Translations under genes and position numbers: made by a program
NCBI GenBank assembly: GCA_963707635.1
Contig: OY970173.1
Span: 1,376,001 to 1,440,000 of the forward strand
DNA: 64,000 nucleotides
Direction of reading: 5' to 3'
Source of the DNA: Candidatus Latescibacterota bacterium
GTDB taxonomy: Bacteria; Krumholzibacteriota; Krumholzibacteriia; WVZY01; JAKEHA01
Shown: positions 47,837-57,468 of the stretch, piece by piece
How positions within the stretch are numbered: position 1 is the stretch's first letter
Layout of the letters: each line of letters starts with the position of its first letter
Notes under the pieces: generated by a model
Told to the model about the DNA's origin: nothing
The model's input: the letters and a program-made list of their open reading frames with translations, nothing else
The model's database searches: none

Positions 47837-49366
47837 TCAGCGGCCCTTCCCGCGCGACGCGGGTCTCGACATGCCCCGCGACGCGGGTGCGGAGTGTGAG
47901 CGCGGCATGGAGCTCGAATGCGGCTGGATCGCCTTCGAGCGGCCCGCGCCCGGGTTCGCGCCGCGCGAGCGCATGGCGGCTGAATTGGACCGGCGGTCGT
48001 TCGGGCGCATCCGCGGCCCGTTGGAGGTCGCCTTCGATCCGGAGTGAACCGCTCCCGGGCGGGACATCTGCGTGCGGGCCACGTCCCGCGCCGTATACGA
48101 CGGGCGGCTCTTCATCGCGCGCGTGTAGCCCGCGCGGGTTCCCACCGCCGCGCGACCACCGGTGACGCGCGTGCGCGACGAGTGGACCGCCGCGGACGAC
48201 TTCACAGACGGGCGCACGTTGGCCGATGCGATGCGCATGGTCCCGTCCTTCTGCGCGGCGAACGTCCGGTTCCGGGCCAGGGTCGAGCCCGACGCGGCCG
48301 ACCCGGACTTGTAGGCGCTCTTGTACTTCGCCGGGCTTTGAGCCGGGTAGGTCGGATAGTAACCCCCGTAGTAGCCGTCGTAGTAGCCGCCACACCCCGG
48401 AGCGTACCAGCCCGAGCAGTAATAGCCGCCCCAGCAACCCCAGCCCCACCCCCAACCCCATCCGAATCCGATCGACACCGAGAAACCGGGGTAGTATGGA
48501 TACCAACCCGGGTAGTACCAGTAGTACGGGTCGTACCACCAGGAGTCGGTGTAAATCCCCATCACGTTCGGATCCACATAGCGAACCTCTGAACCGTACG
48601 GATAGAAATTGACGACGACGTCGCCGTCGTCCGAGGGGACGACCACGGGCGAGAGGGCGCCGGTCTCCTCGGTCGCGGCCGACGCGACATCGGTCAGTTC
48701 GTAGCCGCGCCGCAACGGGTAGGAGAGCGCAGTGCGCCGGTCGAAGTTCTGCGTGACGCGGTACTGCGCGCACGCGGTCTCCGAGTCGTCGCACGGGCCG
48801 CAGAGATAGCAGGGGTGGTCGACGCGTTCGGAAACGTAGAAGTAGGTATAGCCGAACGACGCGCCGCTGCGAGACACATCATGGACGAGATCGCCGGCGA
48901 CGGTATTGGCGGCGAGGAACGGGTCGCCCTCGACGCGGTACGGCTCGCCCCCCTCCAGATCGGACCCCGCCAGCGTCGACAGCGCGGTTCGGTCGATGGC
49001 CGACGGATCGTCGACGGCGAGGGCAAAAACGAACTCGACGCCGCGCTCGCCCCCGACGACCAGGTCGCTCCCTTCCTCGGGGAGGCGATACGGCTCGCGC
49101 GCCGACAGGACGCCGGGTTCCCCGCTCGGATACAGGAGCCGAACCTGTCCCCGCGTGTCGATATCGAACACGATGATGCACGCGTCGCTGCTCGCCTGGA
49201 TCTCGAACGACATGGGCTCTCCGGGAGAGACGACGCTGCCCATGGCCGCGTCCGCGCGCACGGCCACCGAGCGAGCGGTGGTCGCGGGGTTTGTCACCAG
49301 CGCGGCGGCGATCGAGGCGTGCAAGACCGGGACGGCGAGGGTTGCGAAGGCGAGACGTGCGTTCAT
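47837..49366 (-). CDS. DUF4384-like secreted protein with Tyr/Gly/Trp-rich and Arg/Ser-rich tail
   Basis: GGGAGG RBS; signal peptide; PGE...IDTRGQVRLLYP...GERGVEFVFALA pattern of DUF4384; low-complexity C-terminal half. Confidence 0.7.
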   Translation of the reverse strand: MNARLAFATLAVPVLHASIAAALVTNPATTARSVAVRADAAMGSVVSPGEPMSFEIQASSDACIIVFDIDTRGQVRLLYPSGEPGVLSAREPYRLPEEGSDLVVGGERGVEFVFALAVDDPSAIDRTALSTLAGSDLEGGEPYRVEGDPFLAANTVAGDLVHDVSRSGASFGYTYFYVSERVDHPCYLCGPCDDSETACAQYRVTQNFDRRTALSYPLRRGYELTDVASAATEETGALSPVVVPSDDGDVVVNFYPYGSEVRYVDPNVMGIYTDSWWYDPYYWYYPGWYPYYPGFSVSIGFGWGWGWGWGCWGGYYCSGWYAPGCGGYYDGYYGGYYPTYPAQSPAKYKSAYKSGSAASGSTLARNRTFAAQKDGTMRIASANVRPSVKSSAAVHSSRTRVTGGRAAVGTRAGYTRAMKSRPSYTARDVARTQMSRPGAVHSGSKATSNGPRMRPNDRRSNSAAMRSRGANPGAGRSKAIQPHSSSMPRSHSAPASRGMSRPASRGKGR

Positions 49367-49615
49367 GACTTCCTCCCGCGGTGATGGGGGCTTTCACCAG
49401 GGAACGATCGGGCACTCCAGGGGCGGGTAAGTTACTACATTCAATATACTCTCGAAACGCGGGCGCGACAAGCGTCTGGAACCCCGGGCCCCACGGCGGG
49501 TATGCACAAATCGGGCCGCGCGGGGCCCGACTTTTTCTAGGCAAGCCATGGAGCATGTGCTAGGTGTTGGCGGAATTCCGACCACCCGGCATACGGGTCA
49601 ACAGAAGGGATGCAT

Positions 49616-50392
49616 ATGGAACTCTTTGCGGCCCTGCCCGCGGCGATCGGACGCTCGCTGCCCCAGATTCTCGCCGATTCGGGCCGATTCGGCCTGACGA
49701 TTCTCATGATCACGTTCGTCCTCTCCGTGATGACGTGGGCGGTGGTCTGGGACCGCGCGCGGCTGTATCGGAAACTGCGCTCGCGCGGCGAGGCGCTGCG
49801 CCGCGCCATGGGGTCGCGAGGGGCAGGGGCGTGCCTCGGCGACGCCGAAAAATACCTGCCTTCGATCGAGGCGTCCATCCTGCTGGAGACCCAGCGTTTC
49901 GTCGCCGCGCGCGGCGGGGGCCCCGTGCTCGAATTCGACGACCCGGCCGCGGCGGAAGCGGAGCGGACCCATCTGAAGGGACTGCTCGAGGGACGCGCCA
50001 CCGCCGAGATCGGCGAAATGGAGCGCCACCTGATTCTGCTGTCGACCACGTCGAGCGGCGCACCCTTCCTCGGTCTGCTCGGCACCGTGTGGGGCATCAT
50101 GCACAGCTTCATGAGCATGGGGGTGGAAGGCGCGGCCAGCCTCGAGGTGGTCGGCCCGGGCATCGCCGAAGCGCTGGTGACGACGATCGCCGGCCTCGCG
50201 GCCGCGATCCCGGCGCTGGTGGCGTACAACGCATTTGTGCGCGTCGTTCATCGCAAGGAAACGCAGATCGATCTCTTCATCTCCCGGGTGCTGGACTCGA
50301 TCGTGGTCTTGCGCAGCGGCGCCCAGCGTTCGCTCAATTCGCCGCGCCCGGCGCGCTCCGGCGCCGCCCCCTGGCAGACGACGACGCCATGA
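49616..50392 (+). CDS. tolQ: TolQ (MotA/TolQ/ExbB proton channel)
   Basis: APFLGLLGTVWGIM, VGPGIAEALVTTIAGLAAAIPA; first gene of the tol-pal cluster. Confidence 0.9.
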   Translation: MELFAALPAAIGRSLPQILADSGRFGLTILMITFVLSVMTWAVVWDRARLYRKLRSRGEALRRAMGSRGAGACLGDAEKYLPSIEASILLETQRFVAARGGGPVLEFDDPAAAEAERTHLKGLLEGRATAEIGEMERHLILLSTTSSGAPFLGLLGTVWGIMHSFMSMGVEGAASLEVVGPGIAEALVTTIAGLAAAIPALVAYNAFVRVVHRKETQIDLFISRVLDSIVVLRSGAQRSLNSPRPARSGAAPWQTTTP

Positions 50393-50793
50393 GACGCAAG
50401 AGCCCGTATTCCTCGGTCTCCGACATTAATGTCACGTCGCTGGTCGACATCATGATGGTGTTGCTCATCATCTTCATGCTGACCGCGCCGTTTCTGCAGG
50501 CGGGCATCCAGGTGAAGCTGCCCCGCGCGAAGTCCACCGTCATCAAGGAGACCGACGCGGTGGTGGTATCGGTGACGAAGGACCGCAAGGTGTACGTGAA
50601 CAGCGATCGCGTCGAGGAGAAGAAGCTGGGCCAGGTGCTGGCGGCGCTCAAGGCGGCGGGCGAGGAGCGCGTCTTCGTCCGGGCCGACCAGGATGTGTCG
50701 TACGGGGCGGTCATGTCCGTGATCGGTGAGGTCAAGGCGGCCGGGATCAACGATGTGGGCATGATCACGGAAGTGAAGCGGCAAAAACGCTGA
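50389..50793 (+). CDS. tolR: TolR (ExbD/TolR family)
   Basis: INVTSLVDIMMVLLIIFMLTAP, RADQDVSYG; ATGA overlap with tolQ. Confidence 0.9.
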   Translation: MRRKSPYSSVSDINVTSLVDIMMVLLIIFMLTAPFLQAGIQVKLPRAKSTVIKETDAVVVSVTKDRKVYVNSDRVEEKKLGQVLAALKAAGEERVFVRADQDVSYGAVMSVIGEVKAAGINDVGMITEVKRQKR

Positions 50794-50805
50794 TCCTTCG
50801 ATGCC

Positions 50806-51483
50806 ATGCGCAAGTCGGTCGTCATCTCGCTGGTCTTCCACCTCTCGCTCACCTTCTTGATCTTTCAGTGGGTGTCGTTTCGCGAGGTGAAGTACGTCCC
50901 GCGCCAGGTCTACAACGTGACTCTCGTGAGCGCGGCGGCGGCTGACTCCAGGCCCACGGTGGCGCCGGCGCCGGAACCGGAGCGGGCGTCCCCGCCGGTC
51001 AAAGAGGAAAAGAAGGAAGACGAGATGGTGGTGCCTCCCGAGAAGCCGAAGGCGCCCCCCAAGAAAGCGGACCAGGAAAAGACCGTCCCGACGACGCGGA
51101 TTCAGAAGTCGGACTCGCTTTCCGGCGCCGCGTCCGACAGCGCGGGCCAGGCCCCGGCGGCGGTGGCGGGCGGGATGTCGTTCGACAGCGGCAATTTCCC
51201 GTTCACGTACTACGTCAATCGGATGCGCCAGAAGATCGCGGCGAGCTGGCAGGTCCCTGCGGGGAGCGAGGGCTCGGAACGCTCGTCGGTGGTCTACTTT
51301 CGGGTGCACCACGACGGCAGCGTGAGTCACGTGAAGGTGGAGAAATCGTCGGAACTGTTCCTCTTCGACCAGTCGTGCCAGCGCGCGGTGCTCGAGGCGG
51401 CCCCGATGCCGCCGCTCCCGCGCGAGTTCGACGACGAGTACCTGGGCGTGCATTTCAGTTTCGTGTACCTGCCGATGCAGTAA
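50806..51483 (+). CDS. TolA/TonB-like energy transducer
   Basis: SLVFH TM motif, Pro/Lys/Glu-rich linker, TonB-C-like domain (FDQSCQRAV...PMPPLP); sits between tolR and tolB. Confidence 0.82.
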   Translation: MRKSVVISLVFHLSLTFLIFQWVSFREVKYVPRQVYNVTLVSAAAADSRPTVAPAPEPERASPPVKEEKKEDEMVVPPEKPKAPPKKADQEKTVPTTRIQKSDSLSGAASDSAGQAPAAVAGGMSFDSGNFPFTYYVNRMRQKIAASWQVPAGSEGSERSSVVYFRVHHDGSVSHVKVEKSSELFLFDQSCQRAVLEAAPMPPLPREFDDEYLGVHFSFVYLPMQ

Positions 51484-51520
51484 CGGCGGGTTCCCGCACT
51501 TCAGCATGAAAGGGTCTTGG

Positions 51521-52753
51521 ATGACAAAGCGGTTGGTGGCGGTACTGATGGCGATGAGCCTGCCCGGGGGAGTCGCCGCGCAGACGGACGTATGGCCGGA
51601 TCCGGTCGTGCAGGAGAAGGCGTTCGTGATCCCGTTGTGGCTTCCGCAATTCGCGGGCGAAGGCAACCTCACGCCGCGCGCGCAACGCCTCGAGCAGATC
51701 GTCCTCAACGACCTCGGCTTCACGGGGCTGTTCAATATCCAGCGCGACGAGCCCGTCGCCACCGGGATGAAGGGCACCAACGCGGTGTGCGTTCGCGGCC
51801 GTGTGTTTCTCGAGGGCCCCGACGTGACGTTTGAAGGCACCGTGACCGACATCGCCTCCGGCGATTTCATGGGCGGCAAGAAATACAAGGTGCCGGACAA
51901 GGAACTGCGGCGTGTGGCCCACCATTTTGCCGACGAAGTGGTGCGCATCGTGACCGGCGAGAAGGGGATGGCGTCGACGCAGATCGTGTACACGCGCAAA
52001 GTCGGCGACAAGTGGGAGCTCGTCGTTTCCGATTATGACGGCTACGACCCGCGGGTGCTGGTGCGCCAGGCGGTCCCGCTGCTGGGGCCCCGCTGGATCG
52101 ATGCCAACCAGGCGGTCGTGTACACGAGCTTTCGCGACGGCAAGGCGGACCTGTTCGTGCGCTACCTGGGAGAAGACAAGTCGCGCGGTCTCGCGAACTA
52201 CAGCGGCAGCAACACCGCCCCCGACTGGTCCGCGCGCGAGGGGCTGCTGCTCGCGGCGCTGTCCAAGGACGGGGATACCGAGGTCTACGTGCTGGAGAAG
52301 AACGGCCACATCCGCCAGCGGCTCACCCACAATCGCGCCATCGACACCAGCCCGTGCTGGGCGCCCGGCGGGCGCGAGATCGTGTTCCTCTCCGATCGCT
52401 CCGGGTCGCCGCAGCTGTTCCTCATGGAGCGCGACGGTGGCAACGTGCGCCGGCTCACCTTCACCGGCGGGTACAACGCCTCGCCCGCGTGGTCGCCGCG
52501 CGGGGACCTGATCGCGTTCTCGACCCGCATGGGCGCGGAATTCCAGATCGCGATCATCACGCCCGACGGGCAGGACGGGAGGCTTATCACCAAAGATGCC
52601 AACAGCTACGAGGACCCCCGCTGGGCCCCGGACGGCCGGCACCTGGTGTGCACGGCGCGCGGCCGGGACGAGACTGTTTCCGTTGTTGACATCGTTACGG
52701 GGGGTAAGAGAATATTGGCCCAAGGCTCGGATCCCGACTGGTCGATCCCGTAA
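51521..52753 (+). CDS. tolB: TolB beta-propeller protein
   Basis: RRVAHHFADEV, DYDG, repeated PD40 motifs (PDWS, PCWAPGG, PAWSPRG, PRWAPDG); alternative start at 51506. Confidence 0.9.
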   Translation: MTKRLVAVLMAMSLPGGVAAQTDVWPDPVVQEKAFVIPLWLPQFAGEGNLTPRAQRLEQIVLNDLGFTGLFNIQRDEPVATGMKGTNAVCVRGRVFLEGPDVTFEGTVTDIASGDFMGGKKYKVPDKELRRVAHHFADEVVRIVTGEKGMASTQIVYTRKVGDKWELVVSDYDGYDPRVLVRQAVPLLGPRWIDANQAVVYTSFRDGKADLFVRYLGEDKSRGLANYSGSNTAPDWSAREGLLLAALSKDGDTEVYVLEKNGHIRQRLTHNRAIDTSPCWAPGGREIVFLSDRSGSPQLFLMERDGGNVRRLTFTGGYNASPAWSPRGDLIAFSTRMGAEFQIAIITPDGQDGRLITKDANSYEDPRWAPDGRHLVCTARGRDETVSVVDIVTGGKRILAQGSDPDWSIP

Positions 52754-52850
52754 CTTTATTGATACTAGCGGGTTGCCCCTGCTCGCTGCGAAAAAGGCCC
52801 GAGCGCACACTCTTTTGTCACTTCACATGTGTCTCGATGGAGGTCCAGGC

Positions 52851-53360
52851 ATGATTCTCAAGCGATTGATGGTGCTGGCAATGCTGGCATCGCTGACGGT
52901 GGTCGTGGGTTGCGGCGGAAAGAAGGCGGTCGATGAACCGGCGCCGACGGATACATCGGCAAGACCCGTGGAGGAAGTCAAGGAGCAGCCGGTCGAACAG
53001 CCGGTCACGCCTTCGACCGACATGTCGCCGGTTTCTCTCAACGACGTTTTCTTCGACTTCGACCAGTACAATCTCACCGGGGAAGCGAAGGGCACGCTCG
53101 ACGCCAACGCGCGCGAATTGAAGCGCGTGATGGAGTCGAACATCACCATCGAGGGACATTGCGACGAGCGCGGCACCAAGGCGTACAACCTCGCACTCGG
53201 CGACAAGCGCGCGAACGCCGCCCGCGACTACCTGGTGGCGCTCGGCGTGGGAACGTCGCGCATCACCACGGTTAGCTACGGCAAGGAACGTCCGTTCGAC
53301 GCGGGTCACGACGAGTCCGCGTGGGCGAAGAACCGCCGGGCGCACATCACGACCCGCTAG
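52851..53360 (+). CDS. pal: Peptidoglycan-associated lipoprotein
   Basis: GGAGG RBS; lipobox VVGC; FFDFD, IEGHCDERGT, SYGKERP, KNRRA. Confidence 0.95.
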   Translation: MILKRLMVLAMLASLTVVVGCGGKKAVDEPAPTDTSARPVEEVKEQPVEQPVTPSTDMSPVSLNDVFFDFDQYNLTGEAKGTLDANARELKRVMESNITIEGHCDERGTKAYNLALGDKRANAARDYLVALGVGTSRITTVSYGKERPFDAGHDESAWAKNRRAHITTR

Positions 53361-53379
53361 CGCCCTTTGGGAGTAACGC

Positions 53380-54123
53380 ATGCGTCGCACGTCGCTCAAG
53401 ATTCTCGCAGCCGCGGTGGCGGCGGTGGCACTTTCGAATTGCTACGGCGCCAAGATGGTCAAAGGGCCGATCAACTCGGAGCACGCCGCCCTGACGGCGG
53501 ACACCATCCGGGTCGAGCAGCGTCGCCTGATCGAGAAGATCGAGACGCTCGAGCAGAAGCTGGCGCAGGAAAGCGAAGAGCGCACGTCGTCGCAGGCCCA
53601 GATTTCGGTGACCCTGAGCGAGCTCGAGGAAGCCGTGCGCGTGCTCTCCAGCCGCATGGCAGACAGCGAGCAGATGATGAACCGCGGCGGGCGCGGCCCG
53701 AGTGGGTCGCGCTCCGCTGGTGGTTCCGCGGCGCGGGACACCGTCGACGCGGCGGACGAGTTGTACCGCGCGGCATACCTGGACGTGACCCGCGGGAACT
53801 ATGAGCTGGCCGCCCAGTCGTTCGGCGATTATCTCACCCGTTTCCCGCAGGGGGCGCGGGTCGCCGAGTCGCACTATTACCTGGGCGAATGCAACTACGC
53901 AACCGAGCGTTACCTCGAGGCGGCCGGGGAGTTTCAGCGGGTCGTGCGCGAATTTCCCGCGTCGCGGCTGGTCCCCGCTTCCTACCTGAAGATGGGACGC
54001 GCCTACGCACAGCTCGAGGAACGCGGCCTGGCCGAGAAAGCGTACCGGACCCTGATCGAAAAGCACCCCACGTCCGAGGAAGCCAAGCAGGCGCAGGCAG
54101 CGCTCCAGGAGCTCGGGGGCTGA
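53380..54123 (+). CDS. cpoB: Tol-Pal system protein CpoB/YbgF (coiled coil + TPR)
   Basis: Lipoprotein-like signal (LSNC), coiled coil, TPRs (YYLGEC, YLKMG, LIEKHPTSEEA); follows pal. Confidence 0.88.
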   Translation: MRRTSLKILAAAVAAVALSNCYGAKMVKGPINSEHAALTADTIRVEQRRLIEKIETLEQKLAQESEERTSSQAQISVTLSELEEAVRVLSSRMADSEQMMNRGGRGPSGSRSAGGSAARDTVDAADELYRAAYLDVTRGNYELAAQSFGDYLTRFPQGARVAESHYYLGECNYATERYLEAAGEFQRVVREFPASRLVPASYLKMGRAYAQLEERGLAEKAYRTLIEKHPTSEEAKQAQAALQELGG

Positions 54124-54139
54124 TCGCCGCCCCGGAGCC

Positions 54140-55381
54140 GTGAGCGATACCGTCGCGTATCTGGCGGGGCTCGCCGTCCTCCTCCTCCTGTCCGCCTTCT
54201 TTTCCGGTTCGGAGGCCGCGCTTTTCTCGCTGAGCCGGAGCCAGACGCGCGCGTTGCGCGACGGGTCGGCCGGCGGCCGCCGCGCGGCCCGCCTCCTGTC
54301 CCAGCCGCGGCCGCTCCTGATCACGGTTCTGGTCGGCAACCTCACCGTCAACATCCTGGCCACCAGCGTCGCCACCTCGCTCCTGCTCCGCGTGTTCGGA
54401 GAGAGCGGGGTGGGAGCCGCGTTTCTCCTCATGTCGGTGCTGATCATCGTGTTCACCGAGGTCTTGCCCAAAGCACTCGGGCTGCACTGGTCGAGCACGG
54501 TGGCGCCGGTGCTGGCGCTGCCGATGTCCGCCATCCACACCGTGCTCGCGCCCATCCGCATCCCGCTCTCCCGCATCTCCGACGGCATCATCGACGCGCT
54601 CCGGGGTCGCATCGGCGCCACGCGGCGTTCGTACACCTGGGACGAGCTCCTGACGGCGGTGCGAATCGGCCGCCGCGAGGGCGCGGTGGGTGCATTCGAG
54701 TACGAGATTCTCTCCCACGTGCTGGAGTTCCGCGAGAAGGTCGTCAAGGAGATCATGACACCGAGCATCCACGTGGTGTCGGCGTCGGTGGACACGCCGC
54801 GCGACGAACTGCTGGCCCTGTTCGCGTCCAGCGGGCATTCGCGCATCCCCATCTACGGCGAGTCGCCCGACGACGTGATCGGGATTCTGCACGTGAAGGA
54901 TCTCATCGACCCGGAGGCAGCGCGGTCCGAGGAGGACCTGCGCGCCCGCGTGCGCGAAACGTTGCTCGTGCAGGAGAACGACCTCATCGCCGACCTCTAC
55001 CGCGAGCTGCAACGTCGCAAGATCCACGTGGCCGTCGTGCTGGACGAATACGGTTCCTTCGCGGGCGTGGCGACCTTCGAAGACATTCTGGAGCAGATGA
55101 TCGGCGAGATCCGCGACGTGCGCGACCCTCGCTTGCAGCCGTTTGCGAAGATCGACGAGCGCCGCATCGTCGTGCAGGGGACCATGGAGATCGACCAGTT
55201 CAACGAGGTTTTCGACGCCGCGCTGCGCGACGACGAGCACGAGACGGTGGCGGGTTACGTGCTCGGCCTGACCGGGCGCATTCCGCGCGAGGGCGAGACC
55301 ATCGAGGCCGCCGGGCTCCGCTTTCATGTCATCTCGGCGCAGTCGAACCGGATACGCAAGTTGCGGGTGGAGAAGGTGTGA
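54140..55381 (+). CDS. CNNM/DUF21-CBS-CorC (hemolysin C family) membrane protein
   Basis: SAFFSGSEAALFSL, EVLPK, VKEIMTP, HSRIPIY, VLDEYG, C-terminal CorC domain. Confidence 0.9.
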   Translation: MSDTVAYLAGLAVLLLLSAFFSGSEAALFSLSRSQTRALRDGSAGGRRAARLLSQPRPLLITVLVGNLTVNILATSVATSLLLRVFGESGVGAAFLLMSVLIIVFTEVLPKALGLHWSSTVAPVLALPMSAIHTVLAPIRIPLSRISDGIIDALRGRIGATRRSYTWDELLTAVRIGRREGAVGAFEYEILSHVLEFREKVVKEIMTPSIHVVSASVDTPRDELLALFASSGHSRIPIYGESPDDVIGILHVKDLIDPEAARSEEDLRARVRETLLVQENDLIADLYRELQRRKIHVAVVLDEYGSFAGVATFEDILEQMIGEIRDVRDPRLQPFAKIDERRIVVQGTMEIDQFNEVFDAALRDDEHETVAGYVLGLTGRIPREGETIEAAGLRFHVISAQSNRIRKLRVEKV

Positions 55382-56358
55382 GCGATTTCTCCCTGATCCT
55401 GGTCGCCGGCATCGCGTTCGCGGTGGGCGTGTTCAATTCCGCGTGCGAGACGGCGTTCTTCGCGGCCGATCGGATCCGCCTGCGCCACCTCGCCGCGACG
55501 GGGAGCCGGCGCGCCCAGCGCGTCCTCGACCTCTCGTCGAATCCGGAGCGGTTTCTGAGCACGCTGCTCATCGGCTACAACCTGGCCGAGGTGGGGTGCA
55601 CGGTGGTGTGCACGGCGCTCGCGGCGCGCTGGTTCGGCGACTCGGCGGCGACGATCGTGACGGTGGTGCTGGTCCCGGTGTGGCTCCTGTTCAACCAGAT
55701 CATCCCCAAAGGTCTGGTCCTCTACTATGCGACCCCGGCGGCGGTCGCGTGCGTCGACGTCGTGCGCGCGCTGTCGGCGCTCCTCTACCCGTCGGCGCGG
55801 CCGCTGGAGGGGCTGACGGATGTCCTGACGCGCTTCCTCCCGGTCAGCCCCTCGTCGCGTCTGCTCAACGTCAGCATGGAGGAGTTGCTGTTTCACATCG
55901 GCGACAGCCGCAGCGCGGGTCTGATCGCCCCGGAGACAACGGCGCTCATCGACCGCGCGATCGAGCTCAAGGAACTCTCGATGCGGGGCGTGATGACGCC
56001 CCTCGACGCGGTGGTCATGCTCGACTGGGACGCTCCGATCGAATCGCACGCGGCCGTGATCGCGCGTGAAGGGTTCTCGCGCTATCCGGTCTACCAGGGC
56101 GAGCGCGGCAACGTGATCGGGGTCATCTCGGTGCACGAGTATGTGACCGCGCGCGACCGCGAGAGCCTGCGCGAGGTGCTGCGCGAGCCATTCGTGGTCT
56201 CCGCGGACGCGCGACTCTCGGACGTGTTGGTTCAAATGCGGGAGGGCGGGCGCCACTTCGCCATGATCCGCGACGCGGACGGGCGGACGGTGGGAATGAC
56301 CACGCTCGACGACATTCTCAAGCGCCTGGTGGGCGTGATCGTGGATGAGTTCGATTGA
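55378..56358 (+). CDS. CNNM/DUF21-CBS membrane protein without a CorC domain
   Basis: ACETAF, QIIPK, VMTPL, FSRYPVY, GMTTLDDILKRLVG at the C-terminus. Confidence 0.85.
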   Translation: MSDFSLILVAGIAFAVGVFNSACETAFFAADRIRLRHLAATGSRRAQRVLDLSSNPERFLSTLLIGYNLAEVGCTVVCTALAARWFGDSAATIVTVVLVPVWLLFNQIIPKGLVLYYATPAAVACVDVVRALSALLYPSARPLEGLTDVLTRFLPVSPSSRLLNVSMEELLFHIGDSRSAGLIAPETTALIDRAIELKELSMRGVMTPLDAVVMLDWDAPIESHAAVIAREGFSRYPVYQGERGNVIGVISVHEYVTARDRESLREVLREPFVVSADARLSDVLVQMREGGRHFAMIRDADGRTVGMTTLDDILKRLVGVIVDEFD

Positions 56359-57439
56359 ACCCCGAGGCCCGGCCGTGATCGTTCGTGCTCCGTTTCCGAT
56401 CCGGGGGCGCCGCCTGCTGCTCCTCGCCGAGGGCAGCTTCTGCGCGGCCGACGCCAAGACGGCGGTCTGCCTCGCCATGTATCGGCCCGACGACGTGGTG
56501 GCCGTGCTCGACTCGACCCGCGCCGGCCGCGGCGTCGGCGAGGTCCTCGGCTTCGGCGGCGACGCCCCGATCGTGGCGAGCATCGGCGACGCGCTCCGGG
56601 AGCGGCCGGAGGTCGCGGTGGTCGGCACCGCGCCCATCGGCGGGGGACTCGTGGGCCCCGACCGATCGCTCGTCGCCCGCTGCCTCGAGGCCGGGCTGGA
56701 CGTCGTGAGCGGAATGCACGCGTTCGTGGGCGACGACTCCGAGCTGGCCGCGCTCGCGGCCGCGTCGGGGGCGCGCGTCTGGGACGTGCGCCGCGTCGCC
56801 GACACCCGCGCGGTATCGGACGGGCGGGGGTGCCGGACGGGCGCGGGCGTGGTACTCACGGTCGGCAGCGATTGCGGGGTCGGCAAGATGACCACCACCG
56901 TCGAACTCGAACGAGCGGCGTCGCAGGCGGGGATGCGCGCCGCGTGGGCGGCGACCGGCCAGACGGGAATGATCCTCCGCGAGCGAGGCGTCGCCGTGGA
57001 CCGCGTTATCGCCGACTTCATGGGCGGCGCCGCGGAAGCACTCGTCAACCTGGAGGGAGAGGGCGCGGAGGTCGTGTTCGTCGAGGGCCAGGGGTCGATC
57101 ACGCATCCCGGATACGCGGGCGTGACCCTGGGGCTCATGTACGGGTGCATGCCCGACGTGATGGTGCTCGTGCACGAGCCCGGGCGCCCGAGCTACAAGC
57201 GCCTTGGTTACAACCTTCCGGATCTGCGCGATTTGATTGCGCTCTACGAGTCCCTGATGCGACCATGGAAACCGGCGCGCGTCGTCGCCGTCGCGCTCAA
57301 TACCGCCGCGCTTTCGGAGCCGGACGCCCTGGCCGCGATCGAGACGGCCGAGCGCGCCACCGGGCTCCCGGCGACGGACGCGGTGCGCGCCGGGTGCGCC
57401 CGGATCCTGCCCGCGATTCGCGACGCGCTGCGCCGCTGA
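56345..57439 (+). CDS. DUF1611 family P-loop protein (DgcN-like)
   Basis: AKTA, APIGGGL, GLDVVSGMH, VGSDCGVGKMTT, ATGQTG, VEGQGSITHP. Confidence 0.85.
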   Translation: MSSIEPRGPAVIVRAPFPIRGRRLLLLAEGSFCAADAKTAVCLAMYRPDDVVAVLDSTRAGRGVGEVLGFGGDAPIVASIGDALRERPEVAVVGTAPIGGGLVGPDRSLVARCLEAGLDVVSGMHAFVGDDSELAALAAASGARVWDVRRVADTRAVSDGRGCRTGAGVVLTVGSDCGVGKMTTTVELERAASQAGMRAAWAATGQTGMILRERGVAVDRVIADFMGGAAEALVNLEGEGAEVVFVEGQGSITHPGYAGVTLGLMYGCMPDVMVLVHEPGRPSYKRLGYNLPDLRDLIALYESLMRPWKPARVVAVALNTAALSEPDALAAIETAERATGLPATDAVRAGCARILPAIRDALRR

Positions 57440-57468
57440 GGCCGCCGTCGCCGAGGAGGCGACCCCAC

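Noticed and set aside
48340..48540. CRISPR-like or tandem repeats (GTAGTAGCC, CCCCA units)
   Set aside because: They encode the Tyr/Gly/Trp low-complexity tract of the minus-strand protein; no repeat-spacer periodicity and no cas genes in the window
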